A program made the position numbers and the translations under genes. This document shows positions 38,877 through 48,384 of a DNA stretch of 64,000 bases, one piece after another. Each line of letters begins with the position of its first letter. Position 1 is the first letter of the stretch. Source of the stretch: Acidimicrobiia bacterium (GTDB lineage: Bacteria > Actinomycetota > Acidimicrobiia > IMCC26256 > JBBRZM01); the NCBI GenBank assembly GCA_038236695.1, contig JBBRZM010000001.1, forward strand, positions 14,177-78,176. The letters run 5' to 3'. Below the pieces are notes generated by a model. The model saw nothing but the letters and a program-made list of their open reading frames with translations. It did not search any database and was not told the DNA's origin.

Positions 38877-39698
38877 TCACCATTGCCACTCCGTCACCGT
38901 CTCGACTTCAGGACCGAGGAACCGGGCGCCGAGCGTGCGGAACATGTCGCGGTCGCCGCTCGTGAGAAACGTGTGGGCGGGCACTGCGGCGCGGTCGGGC
39001 CCGGCCGGGAGCACGCCCGGCTGGAGCATCGCCCGGACCTCGAACGCGGTCTCATCCGCACTCGACACCAACACCACGTCTCGGCCCATCACGTCACTGA
39101 TGGTACGGGCGAGCAGGGGGTAGTGCGTACAGCCCAGCACCAGTGTGTCGACACGCGCCTCGTGGACCGGTGCGAGGAGCCGTTCTGCGAGCACGTGCAC
39201 CTGATCGGACTCGATGTCGCCCGACTCGACCAACTCGACGAATCCGGGACAGGCCGCACACGTGAGCTCGAGGCCGGCACCGTTCTCGCGCGCGACCCTC
39301 TGGTACGCGCCCGATGCGATCGTACCGACGGTACCAATGACACCGACCCGTCCCGACCGCGTGACCTTCGCCGCCGCGCGCACGCCGGGCTCGATCACTC
39401 CGACCACCGGCACGTCGGCGTGCGCGCGCAGCACCTCGAGCCCCGCTGCTGTCGCGCTGTTGCACGCGACCACCAGCATCTTGGCGTCGTAGCGATGCAC
39501 CAGGAGGTCGGCGATCTCGACCGAGTACTTCAGTACGTCGTCTCGCGGCTTCGAACCGTACGGGAAGCGACCGGTGTCACCGAAATATACGACCGGCTCC
39601 CCGGGTAGGAGATCGAGCAGCGCGCGCAGCACGGTGAGGCCACCGAGCCCGGAATCGAAAACACCGATCGGCCGCGGCGTCGCGCCGGACGCCGTCAT
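38877..39698 (-). CDS. murI: glutamate racemase
   Basis: Both catalytic Cys motifs are present: VVACNSATA and LGCTHYPL. Confidence 0.9.
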   Translation of the reverse strand: MTASGATPRPIGVFDSGLGGLTVLRALLDLLPGEPVVYFGDTGRFPYGSKPRDDVLKYSVEIADLLVHRYDAKMLVVACNSATAAGLEVLRAHADVPVVGVIEPGVRAAAKVTRSGRVGVIGTVGTIASGAYQRVARENGAGLELTCAACPGFVELVESGDIESDQVHVLAERLLAPVHEARVDTLVLGCTHYPLLARTISDVMGRDVVLVSSADETAFEVRAMLQPGVLPAGPDRAAVPAHTFLTSGDRDMFRTLGARFLGPEVETVTEWQW

Positions 39699-40693
39699 CG
39701 CACCGCCGCGCGGGTCGCGGCGCGCTGGAGTCGGTCGACAACCGCGGCGCCGATGCCGACGGCAGACGGCGCCACCGCGAGCAAGACGTCGAGCGCTCTC
39801 GCGTCGGCCTCCCGGAGGCGCGCGTACAACACGCGCGCGTACTCCTCCGCATCTGCCGGCGCGTCGAGTACGACGACACCAGCCGGAAGCTCACAAGGCG
39901 GCTTCTCTGCAAGCAAGCCGACACGAAGACCGGTGGCGACCTGTGAGGCCGCACGCGGCACGACTTCGGTCGCGTCGACGACCTCGACCCGAGCACTCGG
40001 CGCGTAGTGCGTCGCAAGCGTGCCGGGCGCAGTCCCCGCGGTGTCGCCGGTCGCAACGGCAATCGGATGCGCGACGATGGCTTCGAGGCGCTCGCGTGCC
40101 ACGCCGCCTTCGCGCAGGATCACCGACTCGGCCCTCGAACAGTCGACGATCGTGGATTCGACACCCAGCGCGCACGGGCCGCCGTCGAGGATCATGTCGA
40201 CCGCGTCGCCGAGGTCGTTGCGGACGTGATCGGCCGTGGTCGGGCTCACACAACCGAACCGGTTCGCCGACGGTGCCGCGATGGCGCCGCCGAACGCCCT
40301 GAGGAGCGAGAGCGCCACCGGCTGGTCGGGCACACGCATTCCCACTGTGTCGCGCCCGCCGGTGACCTCGTCGGGGACGCGGCCGGCTCGACGACGCAGC
40401 ACGACGGTCAGCGGCCCCGGCCAGCACGCCGCGACCAGCAGCCGCGCCTCGTCTCGCACGTCGACTGCCCACTCGTCGAGCGAATCAGGATCGCCGAGGT
40501 GCACGATCACCGGATGAGTCGCGGGGCGCCGCTTCACCTCGTAGAGCCGCCGCAACGCGAGCGGGTTCGCAGCGTCGGCGCCGAGGCCGTAGACCGTTTC
40601 GGTCGGGAACGCGACGAGCCTGCCACCGCGCAGCACGGCCGCGGCGCGTTCGATCTCGCCATCGTCGACGACAACGCCGTCGGGTCGCGTCAT
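39695..40693 (-). CDS. L-threonylcarbamoyladenylate synthase (Sua5/TsaC long form)
   Basis: YrdC domain (VAFPTETVYGLGADA, KRRPATHPVIVH) plus a Sua5 C-terminal domain. Start at ATG 40693. Confidence 0.85.
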   Translation of the reverse strand: MTRPDGVVVDDGEIERAAAVLRGGRLVAFPTETVYGLGADAANPLALRRLYEVKRRPATHPVIVHLGDPDSLDEWAVDVRDEARLLVAACWPGPLTVVLRRRAGRVPDEVTGGRDTVGMRVPDQPVALSLLRAFGGAIAAPSANRFGCVSPTTADHVRNDLGDAVDMILDGGPCALGVESTIVDCSRAESVILREGGVARERLEAIVAHPIAVATGDTAGTAPGTLATHYAPSARVEVVDATEVVPRAASQVATGLRVGLLAEKPPCELPAGVVVLDAPADAEEYARVLYARLREADARALDVLLAVAPSAVGIGAAVVDRLQRAATRAAVR

Positions 40694-40788
40694 CCGACAA
40701 TCTTCGCCGACAGATGACCGCGACCACCGACTGCCGTTCTGGTGACTCCCATGGTCGCCATGACGACCGTCACCAGAACGCCGGCCCG

Positions 40789-41727
40789 CTACCAGTAGTT
40801 GATGCGGGTGGCGCGTTCTTCGACCACATCGAGGTCGTCGGTCCACGCGCCGGACGACAGGTACTTCCAGCCCGCGTCGGGAAGCAGCGCGACGACGGTG
40901 CCCGACTCCATCGTCTCGGCCATCTTTGTGGCGCCGGCGATCGCCGCGCCCGACGAGATGCCGGCGAACACACCGCAGTCGTGCAACAGCCGCCGCAGCC
41001 ACTCAATCGACTCCCGCGGCCGGACGATCATCTTCCGGTCGAGCAACGCGGCGTCGAAGATCGGCGGCACGAAACCGTCGTCGAGATTGCGCAAGCCCTG
41101 CACGAGCTCACCCGACGGCGGCTCGACTGCGACGACCTGCACATCGGGCTTGTGCTCTTTGAGGTAACGGCCGGCGCCCATGAGCGTGCCGCTGGTGCCG
41201 AGTCCCGCGACGAACACGTCGATCTCGGGGCAGTCACGCAAAATCTCCGGCCCCGTGCCTTCGTAATGCGCGAGCGGGTTGGCGGGATTGCCGTACTGAA
41301 ACAGCATCACGAGCGTGGGGTCATCGGCCAAGAGCTTCTCCGCGAGTCGGATCGCGCCGTTGCTGCCTTCTTCGCCGGGTGAGAGCGTGACGTCGTCACC
41401 AAAGATCTCGAGCAGCTGCCGTCGCTCGATCGACACGTTTTCCGGCATCACCACGCGCAGGCCGTACCCGCGGAGGCCCGCGATCATCGCCAGCCCGATT
41501 CCGGTGTTTCCCGAGGACGGCTCGAGGATCGTGTCGCCGGGGTGCAGCAGCCCGTCGCGCTCGGCCAGCTCGACCATCTTCAACGCGATGCGGTCTTTCG
41601 ACGAGCCGCCCGGGTTCTGGCCTTCGAGCTTGGCGTAGATCTTGACCTCGGGATTGGGTGACAGCGCGTGCACACCGACGAGCGGCGTGTCGCCGATCAC
41701 TCCGAGGATGCTCTCGTGACGGGCCAT
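40789..41727 (-). CDS. cysM: PLP-dependent cysteine synthase (CysM type)
   Basis: Lys motif NPGGSSKDR and the GNTGIGLA loop. Adjacent to cysO and mec. Confidence 0.85.
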   Translation of the reverse strand: MARHESILGVIGDTPLVGVHALSPNPEVKIYAKLEGQNPGGSSKDRIALKMVELAERDGLLHPGDTILEPSSGNTGIGLAMIAGLRGYGLRVVMPENVSIERRQLLEIFGDDVTLSPGEEGSNGAIRLAEKLLADDPTLVMLFQYGNPANPLAHYEGTGPEILRDCPEIDVFVAGLGTSGTLMGAGRYLKEHKPDVQVVAVEPPSGELVQGLRNLDDGFVPPIFDAALLDRKMIVRPRESIEWLRRLLHDCGVFAGISSGAAIAGATKMAETMESGTVVALLPDAGWKYLSSGAWTDDLDVVEERATRINYW

Positions 41728-41749
41728 GTGCCGGCGCTTCGCCGCGCGT

Positions 41750-42025
41750 TCAGCCGCCGGCGACGGCGGGCAGGATCGAGACGACGTCGCCGTCGCTCAG
41801 CTTCGTGTCGAGCTGATCGAGATACCGGATGTCGTCGTCGTTGCGGTACACGTTCACGAATTTGTGGAGCGTGCCGTCGTCGTCGACGACCTGGCCTGCG
41901 AGCCCCGGATACCGGCCGGTGAGATCGTGAAAGACGTCACCCACGGTTGCGCCTTCGGCTGTCACCGACGCCGCGCCACCCGCATGGGTGCGCAGCAACG
42001 TGGGAAGACGAACTTCGACGGACAC
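41750..42025 (-). CDS. cysO: MoaD/ThiS-family sulfur carrier protein (CysO-like)
   Basis: 91-aa beta-grasp protein ending in ...LPAVAGG. GTG start with GGAAGG 7 nt upstream. Confidence 0.8.
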   Translation of the reverse strand: MSVEVRLPTLLRTHAGGAASVTAEGATVGDVFHDLTGRYPGLAGQVVDDDGTLHKFVNVYRNDDDIRYLDQLDTKLSDGDVVSILPAVAGG

Positions 42026-42087
42026 AACGGACCTTCCGGTAAGACGACGTGCTCAGCTTACAAGCCCGACCTCAGAGGTCGACATTT

Positions 42088-42139
42088 CGTTCACTCGAGG
42101 AATCTGACCGGTATTTGCCGGGAATGCCTCGAGTAAACG
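42088..42139 (-). repeat. 52-nt conserved hairpin element, copy A
   Basis: 13-bp stem (CGUUUACUCGAGG / CCUCGAGUGAACG on the minus strand) around a 26-nt loop that starts CATTCCCGGCAAAT. It is homologous to 46120..46171. Confidence 0.8.
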
Positions 42140-42143
42140 ATGT

Positions 42144-42584
42144 TTAGAGACCGGGGACGGCGATCGCGACATCCGCGATCTCGCCATCGCGGATGCGATA
42201 GGCGCGCATGACCGGCGTTTCGTCCCTGAGGCTGACGAGCGCGTAGATCCACCCCGGCTCCATCGCTTGGCGCACGTCGGTGGCGGACGGATAGGCCTCA
42301 GTATGCGTGTGGGAGTGCCACACGCCGACGAGCTCTCCACCATCGGCTTCGGCGGCGCGCATCGCCTTGATGAGATCGCGCGAGTCGACGGTGTACGTGC
42401 GGGTCGACTCGTCGGCATTGCGGCACGGGAACACAGCCGTCACCTCGCCCGTCGGCTCGCCGCCGTCGGAGACCGGCCCGCCGAAGAGCCCGCATGCTTC
42501 TTCCGGAAAACCCTCGTAGCAATGCGCGACGATCTGCTCGTACTGCTCGCGCGTGAGTCGCAACGTCGGTGTTGCAAAGCTCAT
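42144..42584 (-). CDS. mec: JAMM/MPN+ metalloprotease (Mec-like, CysO-processing)
   Basis: JAMM motif HSHTHTEAYPSATD and upstream EACG. Start at ATG 42584. Confidence 0.8.
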   Translation of the reverse strand: MSFATPTLRLTREQYEQIVAHCYEGFPEEACGLFGGPVSDGGEPTGEVTAVFPCRNADESTRTYTVDSRDLIKAMRAAEADGGELVGVWHSHTHTEAYPSATDVRQAMEPGWIYALVSLRDETPVMRAYRIRDGEIADVAIAVPGL

Positions 42585-42592
42585 CGGCGCGC

Positions 42593-44896
42593 TCAGCTCG
42601 ACTCCCCGGCGTCGTGGATCGCGCGCCACACCCGTTCTGCAGTGAGCGGCATGTCGACGTGGCGCACGCCGTACGCCGACAATGCGTCGATCACCGCGTT
42701 TTGCACCGCGGGCGTCGATCCGATGGTGCCGGCCTCCCCCACACCTTTCGCCCCGAGCGGGTTGAGTGGCGTGGGCGTCTCGGTGGTGCCGACCGTGAAG
42801 CTCGGCAGCTCGGCTGCGCTCGGCACCGCGTAGTCGAGCAACGTGGTAGTGAGCGGGTTGCCGTCATCGTCATAGACCACGCCTTCAAACAAGGCCTGCG
42901 CCGCGCCTTGCGCGATCCCACCGTGTTGCTGGCCCGCGAACAGCATCGGGTTGAGCACTCGACCCGCGTCGTCGACGCCGATATGACGTATGAGCTCCAC
43001 CTTGCCGGTCTCGGTATCGACCTCGACCACGGCGATGTGCGCGCCAAACGGGAAGCTCGACGCGCCCTGGTCGAAGTCGAGCGCGTGCGCGAGGCCGGGC
43101 TCCATGCCCTCGGGCAGCTTCGCCGGATCGCTCGCCGCAAGTGCCAGCTCACCCCAGCTGAAGGCACGCGCCGGAACGCCGGCCACGCCGACCGTGCCGC
43201 CGTCGTGCACGACGATGTCGTCGGCGCTCGCTTCGAGCAGGTGCGCCGCAAGCTCCTTCGCCTTCTCGAGCACACCTTCACTGGCGCGGTACAGCGCGCT
43301 GCCACCGATCTGCAGCGAACGGGAACCGCCGGTGCCGCTCCCGCGTGCGACGAGCGCGGTATCGGATTGCACGATGCGCACCGACTCCATCGGCACGCCG
43401 AGCCGGTCGGAGATGATCATCGCGAACGCCGTCTCATGACCCTGGCCGTGCGCCGACGTGCCGACAGTCGCGGTGACGCTGCCGTCTTGTTCGATCTCGA
43501 CCTTGCCGTACTCCTGGTACTGACCGCCCGCGGTGATCTCCACGTAGCACGACACACCGATACCGAGCTGCTTCACGTCGCTGCGCGCGCGACGCTCGGC
43601 CTGGTCGGCACGCAGCTGGTCGTAGCCGGCCAGTCTCACCGCTTCGTCGAGCGCCTTGGCGTACTCGCCGACGTCATAGGTCGCGCCGGTGAGCGTCTTG
43701 ATCGGAAAGGCTTCGGGCGGGATGAAGTTACGCCGGCGGATCTCGACCGGGTCGATGTCGAGCTCGTCGGCAGCCATATCGACGATGCGTTCGAGCAACG
43801 CGGCCGCCTCCGGACGGCCCGCGCCGCGATACGCGCCCACGGGCACCGTGTTGGTCACCGCGCTGATCGTGTTGAACTCGATTTTGGGAATCACGTACAC
43901 GCCTTGACCCATCAAGCGCGTGAGGAAGGGCAGGAAGGCGCCGATGCCCGGGTAGGCCCCGCCGTCCTGCACGACTCGGGCGCGCAACCCCGTGAACGTG
44001 CCGTCGCGGCGCAGGCCGAGCTCGACGTGTTGCACCTGAGCGCGCCCGTGCACGAGGGCGAGCATGCTCTCCGACCGCGTCTCGGCCCACTTGACCGGGC
44101 GGCCGAGGTCGCGCGCGAGCCGCGCCGTGATCACGAACTCGGGATAGAGACCGGCCTTCGCGCCGAAGCCGCCGCCAACGGTGACCGCGCGCACCCGAAT
44201 CTTGTCGGGCGCCATGCCGAGCAGTGGCGCGAGGTCGTCGCGCACACCGAACGGCCCCTGCGTGGGCACCGTCAGGGTGAGGCCGCCGCCCTCGGCGTCG
44301 GGCTCGGCGAGCATGCCGTTGGGCTCCATCGGCACCGGCGCGAGCCGCTGGTTGACGAACCGGCCGCGCACCACGACCTCGGCCTCGTCGAGGACCGTGG
44401 GATCCTCGCCGAACGCGAACTCGATCGCGACGTTGCTGCCGTGGTCGGGATGGAGCACGAGCGCGCCGTCGGCGAGCGCGGCTTCGGGATCGAGGATCGT
44501 CGGCAACGGGTCATAGTCGACGACGACGAGCTCGGCCGCGTCGACCGCCTGCGCGCGCGTCTCGGCAACGACGGCCGCGACCATGTCGCCGACGAACCGC
44601 ACGACGTCGTGCGCCAGCGCCGGGCGGGTGAGCGTGGGAGGCAGCATCGAGAAGCCAGGCACCGGCGGCAAATCGAGATCCGCCGCGGTGTAGGCGCCCA
44701 CGACGCCGGGCATCGCCGCGGCCTCCGAGGTGTCGACTGATTCGATCCGCGCGTGCGCGATGGTGGACCGAACGAAGACGACGTGGAGGAGGCCGTCGAC
44801 TTTGAGGTCGTCGAAGTACTGCGCTTCGCCCCGCAGCACGGCCGGGTCTTCGACCCGTCGAACCGGATTGCCGAGAATCGATCCCGACGCGACCAT
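42593..44896 (-). CDS. xanthine dehydrogenase-family molybdopterin-binding large subunit (CoxL form-II-like)
   Basis: 767 aa. N-terminus GNPVRRVEDPAVLRGEAQY and active-site loop VGAYRGAGRPEAA. Confidence 0.85.
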   Translation of the reverse strand: MVASGSILGNPVRRVEDPAVLRGEAQYFDDLKVDGLLHVVFVRSTIAHARIESVDTSEAAAMPGVVGAYTAADLDLPPVPGFSMLPPTLTRPALAHDVVRFVGDMVAAVVAETRAQAVDAAELVVVDYDPLPTILDPEAALADGALVLHPDHGSNVAIEFAFGEDPTVLDEAEVVVRGRFVNQRLAPVPMEPNGMLAEPDAEGGGLTLTVPTQGPFGVRDDLAPLLGMAPDKIRVRAVTVGGGFGAKAGLYPEFVITARLARDLGRPVKWAETRSESMLALVHGRAQVQHVELGLRRDGTFTGLRARVVQDGGAYPGIGAFLPFLTRLMGQGVYVIPKIEFNTISAVTNTVPVGAYRGAGRPEAAALLERIVDMAADELDIDPVEIRRRNFIPPEAFPIKTLTGATYDVGEYAKALDEAVRLAGYDQLRADQAERRARSDVKQLGIGVSCYVEITAGGQYQEYGKVEIEQDGSVTATVGTSAHGQGHETAFAMIISDRLGVPMESVRIVQSDTALVARGSGTGGSRSLQIGGSALYRASEGVLEKAKELAAHLLEASADDIVVHDGGTVGVAGVPARAFSWGELALAASDPAKLPEGMEPGLAHALDFDQGASSFPFGAHIAVVEVDTETGKVELIRHIGVDDAGRVLNPMLFAGQQHGGIAQGAAQALFEGVVYDDDGNPLTTTLLDYAVPSAAELPSFTVGTTETPTPLNPLGAKGVGEAGTIGSTPAVQNAVIDALSAYGVRHVDMPLTAERVWRAIHDAGESS

Positions 44897-45012
44897 CGAC
44901 TACTCCTCGCACTTGGTGGCGGCAATCTACCGGAGTGCTCCGCCCGGGTCTCCGGTGAGGACGTCAGCCCGCGACAACGGTCGCCGTCGAGGGCGCCTCC
45001 GGTAGCGTCGTC

Positions 45013-45480
45013 GTGATGTCCCGGCGCGGTGACCAGCAGGTGATCACGAACCGCAAGGCCCGCTACGACTACCTCGTGCTCGACACGTTCGAGTGCGGCA
45101 TCGTGCTCGAAGGCGCCGAGGTGAAGTCGATTCGACAGGGGCGGGCCAACTTGCGGGACGCGTATGCACGGGTCGACGACGGCGAGATCTGGCTGTTCGG
45201 GATGCACGTGTCGCCCTACGAGTTCTCGCGCGGCGATCTCGATCCCGTCCGGCGTCGCAAGTTGCTGCTCCACGCCAAGGAGATCGTCGAGCTGGCGAGC
45301 ACGGTGGGCGAACAGGGCGTCGCCCTCGTGCCGTTACGCGTGTACTTCAAGGACGGACGGGTGAAAGTCGAGCTCGCGATCGCCAAAGGCAAGCGCGCCT
45401 ACGACAAGCGCCAAGCGATCGCGGAGCGCGACGCGAAGCGCGAAGCCGAGCGCGCGATGAAGGGCGATCGTCGCGACTGA
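45013..45480 (+). CDS. smpB: SsrA-binding protein
   Basis: 155 aa: NRKARYDY..ECGIVLEGAEVKSIR..., with a basic C-terminal tail. Confidence 0.95.
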   Translation: MMSRRGDQQVITNRKARYDYLVLDTFECGIVLEGAEVKSIRQGRANLRDAYARVDDGEIWLFGMHVSPYEFSRGDLDPVRRRKLLLHAKEIVELASTVGEQGVALVPLRVYFKDGRVKVELAIAKGKRAYDKRQAIAERDAKREAERAMKGDRRD

Positions 45481-45571
45481 CGCTGACTGCGCGTCCTGCA
45501 TCGACTCGCCCGCCTGGGCCTGGGCCTGGGCCTGGGCCATCGCGGCCAGCCCGCGGCCGCTGCTCGCGGCG

Positions 45572-45601
45572 TTGGGTGCTCGACGGGTGGTCCGGTACAA
45601 T
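45572..45601 (+). promoter_or_regulatory. candidate sigma-70-type promoter for ssrA
   Basis: TTGGGT-N18-TACAAT, ending about 40 nt upstream of the mature tmRNA 5' end. Confidence 0.3.
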
Positions 45602-45643
45602 TGCCTCGTCGCGTTCGTACACGCACCACGCGACATTTGACAT

Positions 45644-46001
<358 letters not shown>

Positions 46002-46119
46002 AATGGTTGTTAGTCGAAAGATCCGCCGCGTCATGGTGCGGCAGACGCGATTGCCGCCTGCCGGCATGCAGGGATCCGAGTCGCCATGGTCACCGGCGAT
46101 CACCCTGCGACCGCTCCCG

Positions 46120-46171
46120 CGTTTACTCGAGGTATTCCCGGCAAATGCATGGCCAGATCCTCGAGTAAACG
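46120..46171 (+). repeat. 52-nt conserved hairpin element, copy B
   Basis: Perfect 13-bp stem CGTTTACTCGAGG / CCTCGAGTAAACG around a 26-nt loop that starts TATTCCCGGCAAAT. It sits between the convergent ssrA and VOC genes. Confidence 0.8.
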
Positions 46172-46193
46172 AGTCCCTTGGCACCCAGGCGCG

Positions 46194-46640
46194 TCAGGTT
46201 GAGTCGTACGCCTGCTGCTGCATCTCGTCGGGGCTGACGTCGCGCACGTGCTGGGCGAAGCTCCACTGGTGCCCTTCGAGGTCCGCGGCCATGTAGGAAC
46301 GGTCGCCGTAGAACTTGTCCTCCGGCTCCGAGATGATCTCCGCACCCGCGCCCTTGGCCTGCGCGAAGTGTTGATCGACGTCGTCGACGTAGACGCTCAC
46401 GAGCACGCTGACCTTGCCGTGTCGCTTCGGGCTCTCGTATGACTCGCCCGGTGTCCCCATCATGATGACGCCGTCGGCAAGGTCCATCTCCGCGTGCGAC
46501 ACCTTGCCCTTCGGTTCTGTGATTCGCATGCGCTCCTGAAAGCCGAACGCGTTCGTCAGCCACTTCAACGCGCCGACCACGTCCTCGTACAACAGGTACG
46601 GCGTGATCCGGGGATAGCCGTCGGGCGGGTTCTGCGCCAT
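46194..46640 (-). CDS. VOC-family (glyoxalase/PhnB-like) protein
   Basis: ATG 46640 with GAGGAGG upstream. ITPYLLYEDVVGALKWLTNAFGF...DKFYGDRSYMAADLEGHQWSF is typical of PhnB-like VOC proteins. Confidence 0.75.
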   Translation of the reverse strand: MAQNPPDGYPRITPYLLYEDVVGALKWLTNAFGFQERMRITEPKGKVSHAEMDLADGVIMMGTPGESYESPKRHGKVSVLVSVYVDDVDQHFAQAKGAGAEIISEPEDKFYGDRSYMAADLEGHQWSFAQHVRDVSPDEMQQQAYDST

Positions 46641-46767
46641 GAAGAGCCTCCTCGTGGACCGAAGTGACTGATGTCTACCCGAAGTGGGCGCGCCGTGCGA
46701 CGCTGCGCGAGACGCATTTCCCCCGCCATTAAGGTTTCCCCAGCGTTGCGCGAGGCAGGGAGACGCG

Positions 46768-47424
46768 ATGAGCAACGGTGGAATGCAGCCTGCGGGCTGG
46801 CACCCGGACCCGACCGGCCGCAACGAGTTGCGCTACTGGGACGGCGCGGCGTGGACCGACAACGCGTCGACGGCCGGACAGCAACGCACGGACCCAGTCG
46901 CGGGACCTCCAGGCTCAATGGCCTCTGGTGCTCCGACTCCCGCGACGAACGTCGCGACCGCGACCGCACCGATCACGCCGTACAAGATGTGCCCACACTG
47001 TCGCGCCCAGAGCCAGACCGCGGCGGCGAGTTGCCCGCACTGCGGGAAGAGCTACGCCGTATACAAGAAATGGCCGTGGGTGGTCGGCGCGATCGCGCTC
47101 GTAATGGTCGTCGGGTTCGTGGGCTGCATCGCGCTCGTCGGCTCCGCAATCAACGACGTGAGCAAGAATCTCTCCGCCGAACAGGCCCGCCACGCGATCT
47201 CGAAGGAGCAGTTCGACGCGGTGACCATCGGCGCGTCGCGTGCCGACGTCATCAACCAACTCGGCAAGCAGCCACAGAACTCCCAGGAGTTCGAGAACAA
47301 GGGCGTGCTCCAGGACGAGATCACGTCGGGATGCATGTACTACAACCGCAGGGGCGGCGGATTCGGCGACGCGTACCAGTTCTGCTTCACCAACGGTGCG
47401 CTCTCGAGCAAGGCGTCGTATTGA
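46768..47424 (+). CDS. DUF2510-domain membrane protein with zinc-ribbon
   Basis: GWHPDPTGRNELRYWDGAAWTD (DUF2510), CPHC..CPHCG ribbon, one TM segment, and a C-terminal BamE-like lipoprotein-type domain. Confidence 0.65.
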   Translation: MSNGGMQPAGWHPDPTGRNELRYWDGAAWTDNASTAGQQRTDPVAGPPGSMASGAPTPATNVATATAPITPYKMCPHCRAQSQTAAASCPHCGKSYAVYKKWPWVVGAIALVMVVGFVGCIALVGSAINDVSKNLSAEQARHAISKEQFDAVTIGASRADVINQLGKQPQNSQEFENKGVLQDEITSGCMYYNRRGGGFGDAYQFCFTNGALSSKASY

Positions 47425-47469
47425 CGGTGCCGCCGGGCACCTCGTAGCACCGCGGTTACCGTCACCGAT

Positions 47470-48312
47470 ATGGCAGTGCTCCTGGGTCTGCTCGTGGCCG
47501 TGTCCTACGGGTCGGCCGACTTCCTCGGCGGCTTCGCGTCGAAATCGTCGCCGGCCGGAGCCACCGTGCTGGGTTCACAAACCATCAGCCTCGTGATCGC
47601 GTTCGGATACCTCCTCGCGTTCGGCGGTGGGGCGGTCACGAGCGCGGACGTCGGGCTCAGCGCGCTGGCGGGTGTTGCCGGCGTCACCGGCGTCACCTGC
47701 CTCTTTCGCGGCCTCGCCGTCGGACGGATGAGCGTGGTCGCACCGGTGAGCGCGGTCGGCTCCGCGCTCCTCGAAGTGATCTGGGGACTGGCGCGCGGCG
47801 AGCGGCCCGCTGCACTTGCGCTCGTCGGCGTCGCGCTCGCGCTGATTGCAATCGCGGTCGTCGCAGGGTCGGCCACCGAACACCCGATGCGGGCCGTGTC
47901 CGCCCGCTCGGAGCTCGCGTTGGGCCTCGGTGCCGCGATCGGTTTCGGAGGCGTGCTGATCTGTCTGTCGGAGACAAGCACCGGATCCGGGATGTGGCCG
48001 ATTGTGATCGGACGTCTCGTGCCGCTGCCACTCCTCGCGCTGATGCTGGTCGCCGCGAGGCGTCCGCTCCTCGTGCGCCGTGCCGACAGAGGCCTCATGG
48101 CCGGCGCGGGGACGCTGGACGCGACCGCCAACGTGCTGTTGCTTCTGGCCGTCCGCCATGACCTTCTGTCGCTCGTCGCGCCGGTGGCGGCGCTGTATCC
48201 GGCGACGACGGTCCTGCTCGCCAAGCTCGTCGTGCACGAGCAGATCGGACGGGCGCGCGTCGCGGGACTCGTCGTCGCCATCGGCGGGCTTGCGTTGATC
48301 GCGGTGCGATAG
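47470..48312 (+). CDS. EamA/DMT-superfamily transporter
   Basis: 280 aa, about 10 TM segments; N-terminus LLVAVSYGSADFLGG. Confidence 0.7.
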   Translation: MAVLLGLLVAVSYGSADFLGGFASKSSPAGATVLGSQTISLVIAFGYLLAFGGGAVTSADVGLSALAGVAGVTGVTCLFRGLAVGRMSVVAPVSAVGSALLEVIWGLARGERPAALALVGVALALIAIAVVAGSATEHPMRAVSARSELALGLGAAIGFGGVLICLSETSTGSGMWPIVIGRLVPLPLLALMLVAARRPLLVRRADRGLMAGAGTLDATANVLLLLAVRHDLLSLVAPVAALYPATTVLLAKLVVHEQIGRARVAGLVVAIGGLALIAVR

Positions 48313-48384
48313 GCGAGAACGTTCCAACCTGCGCCGATCTGCTGCGCCCCGGTCCGGAGCGCGTTCCGCCGCTCGGCCCATCTC

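Noticed and set aside
42569-44740. 723-aa plus-strand ORF
   Set aside because: It is antisense to the molybdopterin hydroxylase large subunit. It is a low-complexity Arg/Ala/His-rich translation and a GC-driven open frame.
45513-45538. (CCTGGG)x4 hexanucleotide microsatellite between smpB and the putative ssrA promoter
   Set aside because: It has only four units. It is intergenic, about 35 nt upstream of the candidate -35 box, and not within a spacer or coding region where length changes would obviously matter. It was noted but not considered a phase-variation switch.
46002-46119. Possible tmRNA-targeted genomic island junction right after the ssrA CCA end
   Set aside because: I could find no integrase gene and no direct repeat of the ssrA 3' end anywhere downstream in the window. 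Only the broader rearrangement hypothesis was kept.
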